A stretch of 54,548 nucleotides of DNA from positions 1 to 54,548 of the forward strand of contig JAADYW010000014.1 in NCBI GenBank assembly GCA_010092845.1, read 5' to 3'. Under the pieces are notes generated by a model, which saw only the letters and a list, made by a program, of their open reading frames with translations, had not been told where the DNA came from and searched no databases. Source of the DNA: Chloroflexota bacterium (GTDB lineage: Bacteria; Chloroflexota; Anaerolineae; Aggregatilineales; J027). Position 1 is the first letter of the stretch. Each line of letters begins with the position of its first letter. A program made the translations under genes and the position numbers. Shown here one piece after another: positions 17,493 to 26,880 of the stretch.

Positions 17493-19268
17493 TTAATTGT
17501 TGTGAGCAAGTGCCTGGATCGCGGCGTGGGCGTTCAGGAATACCCTCTCAATCCCCAAATGATCAATGAAGCCGATCCGCTGCAAGCGGTCCATGACGGG
17601 GCCCTTGACCTCTGCTAGGTAGAAATTGACACCACTACTATGCAGCTGGTCAATCAACTTTTCCAGGGCTTCGAGGGCGCTGGTGTCAATATAATTCACG
17701 CCACTACAGACCAGCACCAAATGCTCGACCTCCTTGTGTTCGGCAATGGTGTTGAGAAGCGTGTTCTCAAGATACTGCGCGTTAGCGAAATAGAGACTTT
17801 CATCGACCCGAATGGCCAGGATTTCGGGATGGATCCGGGTCTCATAGCGCAGGATGTTGCGGAAGTGCTCGGTCTCGCCAACTCGCCCCACGATCGCGAT
17901 GTGGGGGCGGCTGGTTCGCCACAGATGGATCAGCAAGGCAGAAGCAGCCCCCAATAGAATGCCATATTCGATGCCGAGCGCCAGGACGCCGATGAACGTG
18001 ACCACAAACGAAATGGCATCTGTGTGATCATAGTGCCAGGCATGCGCCAGCGGTTGGAAGTCGATCAAATTAGCGACAGCGACCAGAATAATCGCCCCCA
18101 GAACGGCATTTGGCAGGAAGTAGAAGAGTGGCGTAAAGAAGATGACGGTAATGCCGATTAAGAGCGCAGTGATGATCGATGCCAGGCCCGTATTGGCCCC
18201 GGCGGAGAAGTTGACCATCGAGCGCGCCAGCCCCCCCGTTACAGGATAGCCGCCGGTGAACGCGGCCCCGAGATTCGCAGTACCCAGCGCAACCAGCTCT
18301 TGATTGGCATTTACCTTTTGGCGCCGCCGGCTGGCCAGTGATTTGGCGACGGTGATGCTCTCCATGAACCCAACGATGCTGATCGTGAGCGCAATTGGCA
18401 GCAGAACCTGGATGTCGCTTATCTGTAGGTCTGGCGCGGCAATCGTCGGTAGGCCCGCTGGTACATCTCCCACAATTGGAACCTGGGCGGATTGGTTGAG
18501 ACCGAAGACAGCCACCAACAGCGAACCGACCACGACCACCACCAACGGCCCAGTTTTGGTAATTGGCACCAGCAGTGCTTCTCGGAGGCCGAATCTTGCC
18601 AGATGCCTTGCAAATGCCGTCTTGAAATACACCAGGACGGCGATTGCGCCAAACCCCAGACCGAGCACCGCAAGATTGCTCTCTCCGAAATGCCCGACGA
18701 GATAGAATAGGGTCTCATAGGTGTGTTCCTGACGCGGCATCTGGACTCCAAGAACATGCTTCACCTGGCTCAGGCCGATGTAAATGGCGGCGGCGTTGGT
18801 GAACCCAGACAACACAGGATGGCTGAGGAAGTTCACCAGAAAACCGACTCGCATCAAGCCCATGGCAACTTGAATAATCCCGACCATAAGCGCCAGCACA
18901 ACTGCCAACGCGATATAGTCTCCTGTGCCCGCCGTTGCGATGGCGCCCACACCCGTGGCCACCATCAGCGAGACGATGGCGACTGGCCCGACCGCCAATG
19001 TGCGGCTGGTCCCGAGAAAGCCATAGATGATGAGCGGGCTGATGCTGGCGTAGAGGCCAACTTCAGGGGGCAGCCCGGCCAGCATCGCATAAGCCATGGC
19101 CTGCGGAACCAGCATGATGGCGACGATGATTCCGGCCAGCAGATCGCCGAGAAGATCCTCGCGCCGGTAATTGGCGAGCCAGCTTAAGAAGGGTAGGGCG
19201 CTACGCAGATCGAAACGGTCGCGGATCCCCGTATTGGTCTGGGGCGATGCGGGTGAAAGAGTCGCCAT
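17493..19268 (-). CDS. sulP: SulP/SLC26 anion permease with STAS domain
   Basis: DLLAGIIVAIMLVPQAMAYAMLAG, NQELVALG, and a STAS domain (SLYFAN...YIDTSA). AAGGAAGGA RBS precedes ATG 19268. Confidence 0.93.
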   Translation of the reverse strand: MATLSPASPQTNTGIRDRFDLRSALPFLSWLANYRREDLLGDLLAGIIVAIMLVPQAMAYAMLAGLPPEVGLYASISPLIIYGFLGTSRTLAVGPVAIVSLMVATGVGAIATAGTGDYIALAVVLALMVGIIQVAMGLMRVGFLVNFLSHPVLSGFTNAAAIYIGLSQVKHVLGVQMPRQEHTYETLFYLVGHFGESNLAVLGLGFGAIAVLVYFKTAFARHLARFGLREALLVPITKTGPLVVVVVGSLLVAVFGLNQSAQVPIVGDVPAGLPTIAAPDLQISDIQVLLPIALTISIVGFMESITVAKSLASRRRQKVNANQELVALGTANLGAAFTGGYPVTGGLARSMVNFSAGANTGLASIITALLIGITVIFFTPLFYFLPNAVLGAIILVAVANLIDFQPLAHAWHYDHTDAISFVVTFIGVLALGIEYGILLGAASALLIHLWRTSRPHIAIVGRVGETEHFRNILRYETRIHPEILAIRVDESLYFANAQYLENTLLNTIAEHKEVEHLVLVCSGVNYIDTSALEALEKLIDQLHSSGVNFYLAEVKGPVMDRLQRIGFIDHLGIERVFLNAHAAIQALAHNN

Positions 19269-19352
19269 GTATCCTTCCTTATTCGCTGGCTCAGCGTGGG
19301 CGGTGGGCAGAGCCGGACTTGATGACCGCTCTCTACCCACGGCGCGACTGAC

Positions 19353-20753
19353 CTAACTGGCACTTGTCTGCAGGATTGATTCCCACTCTTCGGGGCCGGC
19401 GTTTAGATTCGTCACGTTCTCAAAACCATAGCGCCGCAGCAGGCTGGCGCCGATCTGGGACCGGAAGCCACTGGCGCAGTTCATCACGATCATCCGGTCC
19501 CGTGGCAGTTGGTTGAGATGACGGGGCAAGTAGCCCAGGGGGATATTTGTTGCTCCAACGATATGCCGGGATGTGAATTCGCTTCTTCCTCGCACATCAA
19601 TGATCACCGGGTTGTCTGTCCCGATGCGCTGGCTCAGCTCTTGAGCCGTCATCAGATGCAATCTGGCATCTGCATCGCCGACGACCTCCGGTGCCCAGTA
19701 GCCGCCGACGTTATCGACCCCAATCGCCCGCAAGGCCCCCAGGATTTCGTCAACTTGCGGCAGGCCGGGCGCGATGAAGTACAGGGGCCGTTCGTAGTCG
19801 ACGAACCAGCCCACATAGGTGTTGAAGCCGCCACTATTGACCGGGATATTGACCGTTTTCGGACGATGGGATGCCGCGAAAGCCTCCATGTCTCGCATAT
19901 CAATCACCAGTTCATCCGACGCGAGCACGGTGTCCAGTGCGGCGCGATCCAATTGCCGCGGAGCCGTGAGTTCGCTCAGGGGGGCAGGGCCAAGCTTGTT
20001 GACCTTCTTCATCTGCGCGAAGTAGCGCGGCGCTTCGGGCTGACCTTCAAGGAGCCATTCGACGAAGCTGTCCTCATCGTCAATCTGGAAAGCCGGATTG
20101 AAGCGCTTCTCATAACCCAATGTCGTTGAGGGGATTGCGCCCAGAGCCTTGCCACAGGCGCTGCCCGCACCGTGCCCCGGCCAGACCTGGAGATAATCCG
20201 GCAGCGCCTTGATCCGCTGTACACTCTCAAACTGGAGCCGGGCTCCTGCTTCCTTGGTTCCAGCAATGCCCGCGGCTTCCTCCAGCAGGTCGGGGCGGCC
20301 AATATCGCCAACGAACAGAAAATCCCCGGTGAAAACGCCAATAGGCTCATCGGCGGCAGCGGTATCTGTGATCAGAAAGGCGAGGTGTTCGGGGGTATGC
20401 CCCGGTGTGTGCAGGACATCGACGCGGACGTTGCCCACCATCCATGTATCGCCTTCGCCGACCAGTCCTGCGTTTTCATCAGCGAAAGCATATTTCCAAT
20501 CGGCATCCCCCGCATCGCTGAGGTATAGCGTGGCGCCTGTCGCAGCCGCCAATTCACGGCTGCCGCTGACGAAATCGGCATGAATGTGGGTTTCAGTAAC
20601 GTGTGTGATTCTCAGGCCCTCAGCCTCAGCAGCTTCAATGTATTGCGCAATGTCGCGTGCCGGATCAACGATGAGTGCTTCGCCAGTCGCTGCGCAACCA
20701 ACCATATAGGAAGCCTGGGCGAGTTTTTTGTCGTAGAAGTATTTCAGTAACAT
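19353..20753 (-). CDS. MBL-fold persulfide dioxygenase-rhodanese fusion (CstB/Blh-like)
   Basis: ETHIHADFVSG, TPGHTPEH, GDIGRPDL and PGHGAGSACGK motifs, then a pseudo-rhodanese and a C-terminal rhodanese with CASGFRS. Confidence 0.92.
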   Translation of the reverse strand: MLLKYFYDKKLAQASYMVGCAATGEALIVDPARDIAQYIEAAEAEGLRITHVTETHIHADFVSGSRELAAATGATLYLSDAGDADWKYAFADENAGLVGEGDTWMVGNVRVDVLHTPGHTPEHLAFLITDTAAADEPIGVFTGDFLFVGDIGRPDLLEEAAGIAGTKEAGARLQFESVQRIKALPDYLQVWPGHGAGSACGKALGAIPSTTLGYEKRFNPAFQIDDEDSFVEWLLEGQPEAPRYFAQMKKVNKLGPAPLSELTAPRQLDRAALDTVLASDELVIDMRDMEAFAASHRPKTVNIPVNSGGFNTYVGWFVDYERPLYFIAPGLPQVDEILGALRAIGVDNVGGYWAPEVVGDADARLHLMTAQELSQRIGTDNPVIIDVRGRSEFTSRHIVGATNIPLGYLPRHLNQLPRDRMIVMNCASGFRSQIGASLLRRYGFENVTNLNAGPEEWESILQTSAS

Positions 20754-20789
20754 GTGTTGACTCCTCGGTCTGCAATGCTTTCAGCGGCA

Positions 20790-21137
20790 CTAGTGATCCA
20801 GGGGCAGGCCGTTCATCATCCACATCATGGTGCCCCCGGCGAGATTGTAGACGTTGTCAAAGCCTGCATTGGCGAACGCATAGGCAGCATCGGCGCTGCG
20901 GGTGCCCGTTGCGCACACAAACACAACCGGCTTATCGGTGGGAACCTTATCGGCCTGAAATTGGAGTTGGTTCAACGGGATATTGATGGCACCCGGGAGA
21001 TGACCGCGAGCGAATTCGAAGGGGGTGCGCACATCAATCAACGCGTGATCGGTGTTCGTGTCGAGGAAGTCACTGCGGTACTCTACAATGGTGATATCTT
21101 TGTGGGCGGCATTCTGATAGTCAAAGAGTGAACTCAT
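20790..21137 (-). CDS. Single-domain rhodanese
   Basis: LIDVRTPFEFARGHLPGAINIPL, active loop CATGTRS, YNLAGG; GGAGG RBS before ATG 21137. Confidence 0.9.
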   Translation of the reverse strand: MSSLFDYQNAAHKDITIVEYRSDFLDTNTDHALIDVRTPFEFARGHLPGAINIPLNQLQFQADKVPTDKPVVFVCATGTRSADAAYAFANAGFDNVYNLAGGTMMWMMNGLPLDH

Positions 21138-21300
21138 GGCGATGTCCTCCGGGGCCTTGATGTTATTGATCCATTGGACACCAGCATAGCGGAAATCGGG
21201 CGCCATGTATTCGGGCCAACCCTTTATGGCTAGCTATTAGAATCCGCTTGGGTTAATGGGTGGGATACATTAGCGCAAGATGAGTGTGGCTATCGCCTAG

Positions 21301-21936
21301 CTAAGGGATAAATGGGGTGTTTTCGCTCTGCCAATCCTGAATTGCGTGTGATAAGCGCTTGCTGATGAGGTCATTGGTTTGCCAGAAACTGGCCATCTCC
21401 TCTAGCGTGATGAGGGCGCGAATGTCTGCGATGTCGGTATGCTCTGCAAGTGCGGATTGATCGAGTCTCTCAGTCGCAACGATAGCGCGCAGGCGCTTCA
21501 CTGGCAGGCCGACTCGTTGCGATCGCCGCGCGATCTCGATGATGGGCACGGCATCGAGCAGAACATCGGTCAACAGTGTCACTGGATTGCCGACATCGGC
21601 TGCGCCCTCGATTGCAAAGGCGGGCGCCAACTGCGGCGCATTATGCCGCGGATACAAAAGCGGGATCCCGGTTTCGACCGCCAGAACAGCCCCGAGAGGG
21701 ATGGTGTCGTAGGTGGCCAGCAAGCGCGCCGCTGGAGCGGTCGTGCTCACCAATGGACGTAACGCCTGTGCGGTAGCGTGCATCAGCGCCGGGAAGGAGG
21801 GTAGCAACGAGAAGGCAAACTTGATTGGGCCTGCGGGGGCACCAAATGACGTCGTGAAGTATCCAAATTGGATGAGACCGGCGTTCAGATACTCTCGTAG
21901 CAGATTCTCATTCTGGGTTTTCATTTTGGAGTGCAT
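21301..21936 (-). CDS. Orotate phosphoribosyltransferase-like protein with a degenerate PRPP loop
   Basis: GLIQFGYF, IPLGAVLAVETGIPLLYPR and IEG follow the PyrE pattern, but the PRPP motif reads VTLLTDVLLDA. Confidence 0.65.
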   Translation of the reverse strand: MHSKMKTQNENLLREYLNAGLIQFGYFTTSFGAPAGPIKFAFSLLPSFPALMHATAQALRPLVSTTAPAARLLATYDTIPLGAVLAVETGIPLLYPRHNAPQLAPAFAIEGAADVGNPVTLLTDVLLDAVPIIEIARRSQRVGLPVKRLRAIVATERLDQSALAEHTDIADIRALITLEEMASFWQTNDLISKRLSHAIQDWQSENTPFIP

Positions 21937-22345
21937 GTTCTAGCCACCGCAGTTGCTGGGCGGCATTCATCCCGCTAAGCGGCACCGTGACATTAAAGCG
22001 CCGGCCTTCCATGACGGGGATCAGGAATTCCTGAAAATGCTTGCCAGCGAAGATGGCAATCGTATCATGCGTCCTGATGCGCTGGTGAGACAACCGTTCA
22101 ATGACGCGGCGCGCCCAGCGGAAACGTTCATCCCGAGACAGATCGTGAAAGCTGAGCGAATAGGGCTCAATCACTGTATCGGGTTCAAGTAAGCCGTATT
22201 TGGCCGATAAGATATACCAGCGTTCGTAGTGCTGCTCGACATAGAGGCTCGTTTTCTGAAATAGAGGTGTCCGATAGAGTAACTGGCTCAGGGCGGGGAC
22301 TTTTTGCTGGGATTTCGAACCTGCCACCAGCGCAATTGTGGTCAT
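21908..22345 (-). CDS. DUF6884-like (YaaA-related) protein
   Basis: LY.TPLF...WYILSAKYGLLEPDTVIEPY...W...V motif. Confidence 0.7.
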   Translation of the reverse strand: MTTIALVAGSKSQQKVPALSQLLYRTPLFQKTSLYVEQHYERWYILSAKYGLLEPDTVIEPYSLSFHDLSRDERFRWARRVIERLSHQRIRTHDTIAIFAGKHFQEFLIPVMEGRRFNVTVPLSGMNAAQQLRWLEHALQNENPE

Positions 22346-22351
22346 ATGGTG

Positions 22352-23548
22352 CTACTCCTGGATCTGGATCTCGCGGAGGAGCCGCCAGGCAAAACTCAAG
22401 CCCCAGGTAGCGGCCCACAGGTGGGCCTGGGTTTCCTCGCCGCCGAAGCCATACGTGCGTTGCCGGATGCGTTTGCCGTCCGAAACGGCGATGGCCGTGC
22501 TGCTACTCTGGGTCGCGATAGCAATAGCAACGGTTGCCTGGCCCTCGGCCACCAAACGCTTGGCGGCAGCTTCGGTGAGTTCATCCAGCGTGTCGGCGCT
22601 ATTCGGGTAGGCCTGGCGCAACGCGCCAACGTCGGGATACGCCTCTGCCTGGGCAAGTACCCCCGGCCCCTGGGGAACACTCTTGAGTCGCTGGTGGAGG
22701 GAGCCATCTGTGCCGGCTTCACAGATCGCTAGCTTCTGGCCATGCATCTGGAGAACATCGACGATGGCATTCTCCAGAGGGTAGTCGCCTTCACCGTAGA
22801 TATAGTCCCCGATACGGTTGCGCACCTGTGCTGCCATATCCTCGAGCATGCTCATGGCGAGCTCAACCGTCTCGGCGCTGGCCGTGATGCGAATATCAGT
22901 CTGGCCCGTGTGAGCAGAGAGTCCAATCGTTGGATTTGCGTTCGCCATCAGTTCACCGATCTTCTCGTCGAGGTGGCTTTCGCCGATACCGGCCGTCTTG
23001 AGGATCAGTGACTTGATAATCTTGCCGGTTCCGTTGCGCTGTTGTAGATATGGCACCACATGGGACTGCATCAGGTGCTTCATTTCGCGGGGGACACCCG
23101 GCAGGCTGATGATCGTTCCGGCGCTGCTCTCCGCAATGAAGCAGGGGGCTGTGCCAACAGTGTTCTCAATTGGAAGGGCGCCTTCAGGTATATAGGCCTG
23201 CTGGCGATTGTTCTCGCTCATACGGGCGCCAAATCGCGCGAAACGGTCAGCGATCTGGTCGTATAGATCCTGACGGAAGACGAGCGGTTTTCCCAGCGCA
23301 GAGGCCACCGCCGGGCGCGTCATATCGTCGACTGTCGGGCCCAGGCCCCCGGTTGTGATGATCACATCACTGCGCTCCAGACCTGCTCTAAGGACCTGAG
23401 TAATCCGTTGTTGGTTGTCGCCGACGGTGGTGAAGAAGTAAACATTGATACCGGAATCGCGCAGGATGCGGGCGATGTAATTGGAATTGGTATCGACAAG
23501 CTCACCTAACAGGATCTCGGTTCCGATGGCGATGATTTCAGCGTTCAT
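22352..23548 (-). CDS. cinA: CinA family protein (intact MoCF-like N-domain, divergent PncC-like C-domain)
   Basis: IGTEILLG..VDTN, VGDN, TGGLGPTVDDMT, GTAP, LPGVPREM and GIGES motifs. Confidence 0.92.
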   Translation of the reverse strand: MNAEIIAIGTEILLGELVDTNSNYIARILRDSGINVYFFTTVGDNQQRITQVLRAGLERSDVIITTGGLGPTVDDMTRPAVASALGKPLVFRQDLYDQIADRFARFGARMSENNRQQAYIPEGALPIENTVGTAPCFIAESSAGTIISLPGVPREMKHLMQSHVVPYLQQRNGTGKIIKSLILKTAGIGESHLDEKIGELMANANPTIGLSAHTGQTDIRITASAETVELAMSMLEDMAAQVRNRIGDYIYGEGDYPLENAIVDVLQMHGQKLAICEAGTDGSLHQRLKSVPQGPGVLAQAEAYPDVGALRQAYPNSADTLDELTEAAAKRLVAEGQATVAIAIATQSSSTAIAVSDGKRIRQRTYGFGGEETQAHLWAATWGLSFAWRLLREIQIQE

Positions 23549-23716
23549 GGTGCCTTTCTGGTGGAAGTCTGCGCGCGGTTAGCGGCTGGTTGTCGGTCGA
23601 TCAAAGTTGTTTAACAGTGCAAATCCATCATAGAAGATCAAGGGGAAGTATGATACGCTACAGCCGTTACTGGACCCCAATAGTACGGCAATCGCTACAG
23701 ATTAGAAAGGCCAAAC

Positions 23717-24052
23717 GTGAACATACTGCGGACACTTTTCGGTGGTGTCAAAGAAATCAGCCCGGAGAAATACCACCAGGCATACGAGACTCAAGAGCAT
23801 ATTCTGTTGGATGTTCGAAATCCCAGCGAATTTACTGCTGAGCATATTGATGGCGCGGTGAACATACCCCTCAACAAACTGCAGAAGAAACTCAAAACCC
23901 TTCCCCAGGACCGGCCGATCATATGCGTGTCGCGCAGTGGCGACCGGGGGCGCGAGGCCACCGATCTGCTGCACCATGCTGGCTATAACGCTGCCAACCT
24001 CGCCGGGGGGATCCTGGCCTGGCGCAAAGCGGGTGAGCGGCTCGTCCATTAG
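23717..24052 (+). CDS. Rhodanese-like protein (Ser at the catalytic Cys position)
   Basis: LLDVRNPSEF...HIDGAVNIPL, ICVSRSGDRG, NLAGGILAW. Confidence 0.85.
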   Translation: MNILRTLFGGVKEISPEKYHQAYETQEHILLDVRNPSEFTAEHIDGAVNIPLNKLQKKLKTLPQDRPIICVSRSGDRGREATDLLHHAGYNAANLAGGILAWRKAGERLVH

Positions 24053-24171
24053 GGAGCAGGGTGCTCTCCGGCGTATGTCGTCAAGAGGTCGCCTTCAAGT
24101 CTGGTTGGGCATAGCCGGCAAGCTGGCCGGGGCCAAATAGCGATCTGGCACATGCGGTGCTAGCGCTACTG

Positions 24172-24675
24172 CTATTCTTCTTCCTGGCCCCCTGGTGTCC
24201 AAAGCAACTTCTCGCGCAGATGAAGATCAGCATGACGGATCTTCATCGAGAGATCAACCGCCACGTTGTACATCAGCCGGTAGCCAAGCTCTGGATAGGT
24301 CTCGCATAGCGTGATAAGCTTATCCCGCGGAACAACAATGAGCTGCACATTTCCCTGGGTACAGCGCGCCGATGCTGAGCGCCGACCCTCATCAAGGAGC
24401 GCCATCTCCCCAAACGACTGCCCACGCCGAATGGTAGCAATGGTCTGCGGTCCGGAGACACGTGCTTTGTCGGCGCCGATGATGTTGGGGTCTATCTGGA
24501 TTTCAACCTCGCCCTCGGCGACGACATAGAGCTCATCGCTGGCGCTATGCTCGGCGAATATGGTGTCACCGTAGCTGAATTCCTTCTCGGTACAGATGGA
24601 GGCAATCAATTCGAGCTGGCTGGGTGTCATCTCATAGAAGATGTCTGCGTGGCTTAAGATGGCCGTAAGTGACAT
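24172..24675 (-). CDS. Stand-alone cyclic-nucleotide-binding domain protein
   Basis: LYVVAEGEVEI, GQSFGEMALL...RRSASA; no HTH domain. Confidence 0.88.
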   Translation of the reverse strand: MSLTAILSHADIFYEMTPSQLELIASICTEKEFSYGDTIFAEHSASDELYVVAEGEVEIQIDPNIIGADKARVSGPQTIATIRRGQSFGEMALLDEGRRSASARCTQGNVQLIVVPRDKLITLCETYPELGYRLMYNVAVDLSMKIRHADLHLREKLLWTPGGQEEE

Positions 24676-24816
24676 TGTATGTGCTCCGTATCGCTTGCGC
24701 TCGGTGGTCTAAGCTATTGAATTATAGCATGACTTGCTCCGTCTTGGTCGTATCGGGCTGATCTTTGCAGTATAATACAGGCGATATTTGCTTCAGGCTT
24801 CAGAAAGTCCCACTTG

Positions 24817-25206
24817 ATGGCTGAGAATCGGGACAACGCTGGGAAACGTCGTGCTCTGGGCGTCCTGGGCGAGGACGCCGCCACAAGATATCTCGAGGCT
24901 CTTGGGTGGTCGATATGGGCGCGCAACTGGCGCTGTCCCTATGGTGAGATTGATATTGTCGCCCAGGACGAATCAGTTGTGGTCTTCGTCGAGGTTCGCG
25001 CGCGCCGCGATGGGAACGGTGGTCCCGATCTTGCGCTGGCCAGTATTGGTCCCCGTAAACAGGAGCAGCTCCTGCGCCTCGCGGAATACTACGCAAGCAG
25101 TGAGCTTTCGCCTGGCGTTCCAGTCCGGCTAGATGTGGTGGGCGTTGCCGTAGCACCGGATGGCCGCGTTAGAATTGAGCACGTGCGTGATGCCGTTGAC
25201 TGGTGA
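24817..25206 (+). CDS. yraN: YraN (UPF0102) family nuclease-like protein
   Basis: G..GEDAA.RYL...G..I.ARNWRCPYGEIDIVA...VFVEVR...RLDVV. Confidence 0.92.
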   Translation: MAENRDNAGKRRALGVLGEDAATRYLEALGWSIWARNWRCPYGEIDIVAQDESVVVFVEVRARRDGNGGPDLALASIGPRKQEQLLRLAEYYASSELSPGVPVRLDVVGVAVAPDGRVRIEHVRDAVDW

Positions 25207-26143
25207 AATAGCGACTGCCCAGCCTGTCATGGTTATTGTCGGGCCAACCGCCGTCGGTAAAACGGATGTTGCTATTGCGGTAGCCATGGCCCTGGGCGCT
25301 GAGATCATCAACGCGGATAGCCGGCAGATCTACCGGTATATGGATATCGGTACCGCTAAGCCAACGCCTTCCCAGCAAGCTAGCGTCCCCCATCACCTAG
25401 TTGATATCGTCGATCCGGACGAGATATTCAATGTAACCGATTTTCAGCGGGCTGCCTTTGCTGCGATTGAGGCGATTCATGGACGTGGCCACTTGCCAAT
25501 GATCGTTGGTGGCACCGGGCAATACGTTTCAGCGACGATTGAGGGTTGGCAATTTCCGGGCGTCGCGCCTAATCTCGCACTGCGTGCTGAGCTCGAAGCG
25601 TATGCGCAATCAGAGGGTTGGCAGGCACTCCTTGAGCGCCTCCGGCTGCACGATCCGGTCAGCGCGGAGCAGATCGATGGGCAGAACATCCGGCGCGTGA
25701 TCCGCGCGCTGGAGGTCTCTCTGGAGACAGGGCGGCCCTTCTCCGATTTTCAGAAGAAAGTGCCACCAGGCTACGCTGTTCAGTCGTTTTGCCTTACACT
25801 GGAACCACGGGAGGCGTTATACGAGCGAGCTGATCAACGCATCCAGCAGATGCTCGATGCCGGCTTTGTTGATGAAGTGCGGTACCTGGTTGATCAGGGC
25901 TATACCTGGGATCTCCCGGCAATGAGCGCCCTTGGCTATCCTCAAATCGGTGATTATCTTCAGGGCGACGTAACGCTCTCCGAGGTGGTTGTCGAATTGC
26001 AGCGGGCGACTCATCGGTTCATACGCCGGCAAATGACCTGGTTTCGAAAGTACAATGCAGATGCACGGTGGCTTCAAAGTGACGGCGCCGCGGATGAAAT
26101 CTTATTCATGGTCGAGAATTGGCTTAGGACACTGGCGGGGTAA
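25190..26143 (+). CDS. miaA: tRNA dimethylallyltransferase
   Basis: GPTAVGKT, NADSRQIYRYMDIGTAKP, VPHHLVD, VGGTGQY and RRQMTWFR motifs. Confidence 0.96.
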   Translation: MPLTGEIATAQPVMVIVGPTAVGKTDVAIAVAMALGAEIINADSRQIYRYMDIGTAKPTPSQQASVPHHLVDIVDPDEIFNVTDFQRAAFAAIEAIHGRGHLPMIVGGTGQYVSATIEGWQFPGVAPNLALRAELEAYAQSEGWQALLERLRLHDPVSAEQIDGQNIRRVIRALEVSLETGRPFSDFQKKVPPGYAVQSFCLTLEPREALYERADQRIQQMLDAGFVDEVRYLVDQGYTWDLPAMSALGYPQIGDYLQGDVTLSEVVVELQRATHRFIRRQMTWFRKYNADARWLQSDGAADEILFMVENWLRTLAG

Positions 26144-26148
26144 ATCCT

Positions 26149-26880
26149 ATGCGACGTGCACGACGGGCAGTTGTGGATACAGATAACATTATCCTCATTT
26201 TGGTGGTGGTAGGGATTGTACTGGTCGCGACGCTGGGGCTCCCCGTCGCACTTCCCGATTTGCAGCAAGGGGCACGCTGTACAAATCTGCCCTCCCCAAA
26301 AGGCGGCAACCATCAGTCACTGCTAGCGTTGGCTAGCGATAACCAGGATATGACGCTTGAGTTGACGGTCGTCACCGAGCAGGTGGAGGGGAATATCCCG
26401 ATAGTTGAGGCTGGGGATCCGCTCAACGTGCGTGTGACGTTCAACAACAATGATGTTGGTCCCATAACCCTTTACCTCAGCGAAGACGATCGGGTTGTCG
26501 GCGATTTCGAGGCGCTAGCAGGTCAGGGAATTGTCGGCCTCGTCTTTGAGATCACACCAGTTGATTCTGAAGTGACCTATACCGACACTGGAGTCACGGG
26601 CCAGATCCAGCCGCAAGTCTTTGAACTGGATAACCTGCACATCCTCCGCGCGCAGGGTAGATGCTTTGTTGAGGCGGATTTCACGCGCGAGCGCTTCATC
26701 CGTATGAACATTCAGCCTGGTGAATATGAGATCAAGGCCTACTATCGCAACGCCTATGAAGGGGACTACATCCCGCCAACACCCGCGGGCAATAACCCCA
26801 CGCCGACGCCGATGTTCGAGAATATGAACGTGTGGGTTGGTCGGGTTGAGAGCAACAGCGTGCGGTTCATCGTCGAATAG
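26149..26880 (+). CDS. Hypothetical membrane-anchored extracytoplasmic protein (Ig-like beta domain suspected)
   Basis: N-terminal hydrophobic helix, a beta-rich body with PGEYEIKAYY.N and C-terminal W.G.VESNSV.F.VE. It follows miaA directly. Confidence 0.7.
   Translation: MRRARRAVVDTDNIILILVVVGIVLVATLGLPVALPDLQQGARCTNLPSPKGGNHQSLLALASDNQDMTLELTVVTEQVEGNIPIVEAGDPLNVRVTFNNNDVGPITLYLSEDDRVVGDFEALAGQGIVGLVFEITPVDSEVTYTDTGVTGQIQPQVFELDNLHILRAQGRCFVEADFTRERFIRMNIQPGEYEIKAYYRNAYEGDYIPPTPAGNNPTPTPMFENMNVWVGRVESNSVRFIVE

Noticed and set aside
23549-23716. LexA (GAAC-N4-GTTC) box upstream of cinA
   Set aside because: I found no such motif here or upstream of radC by eye.
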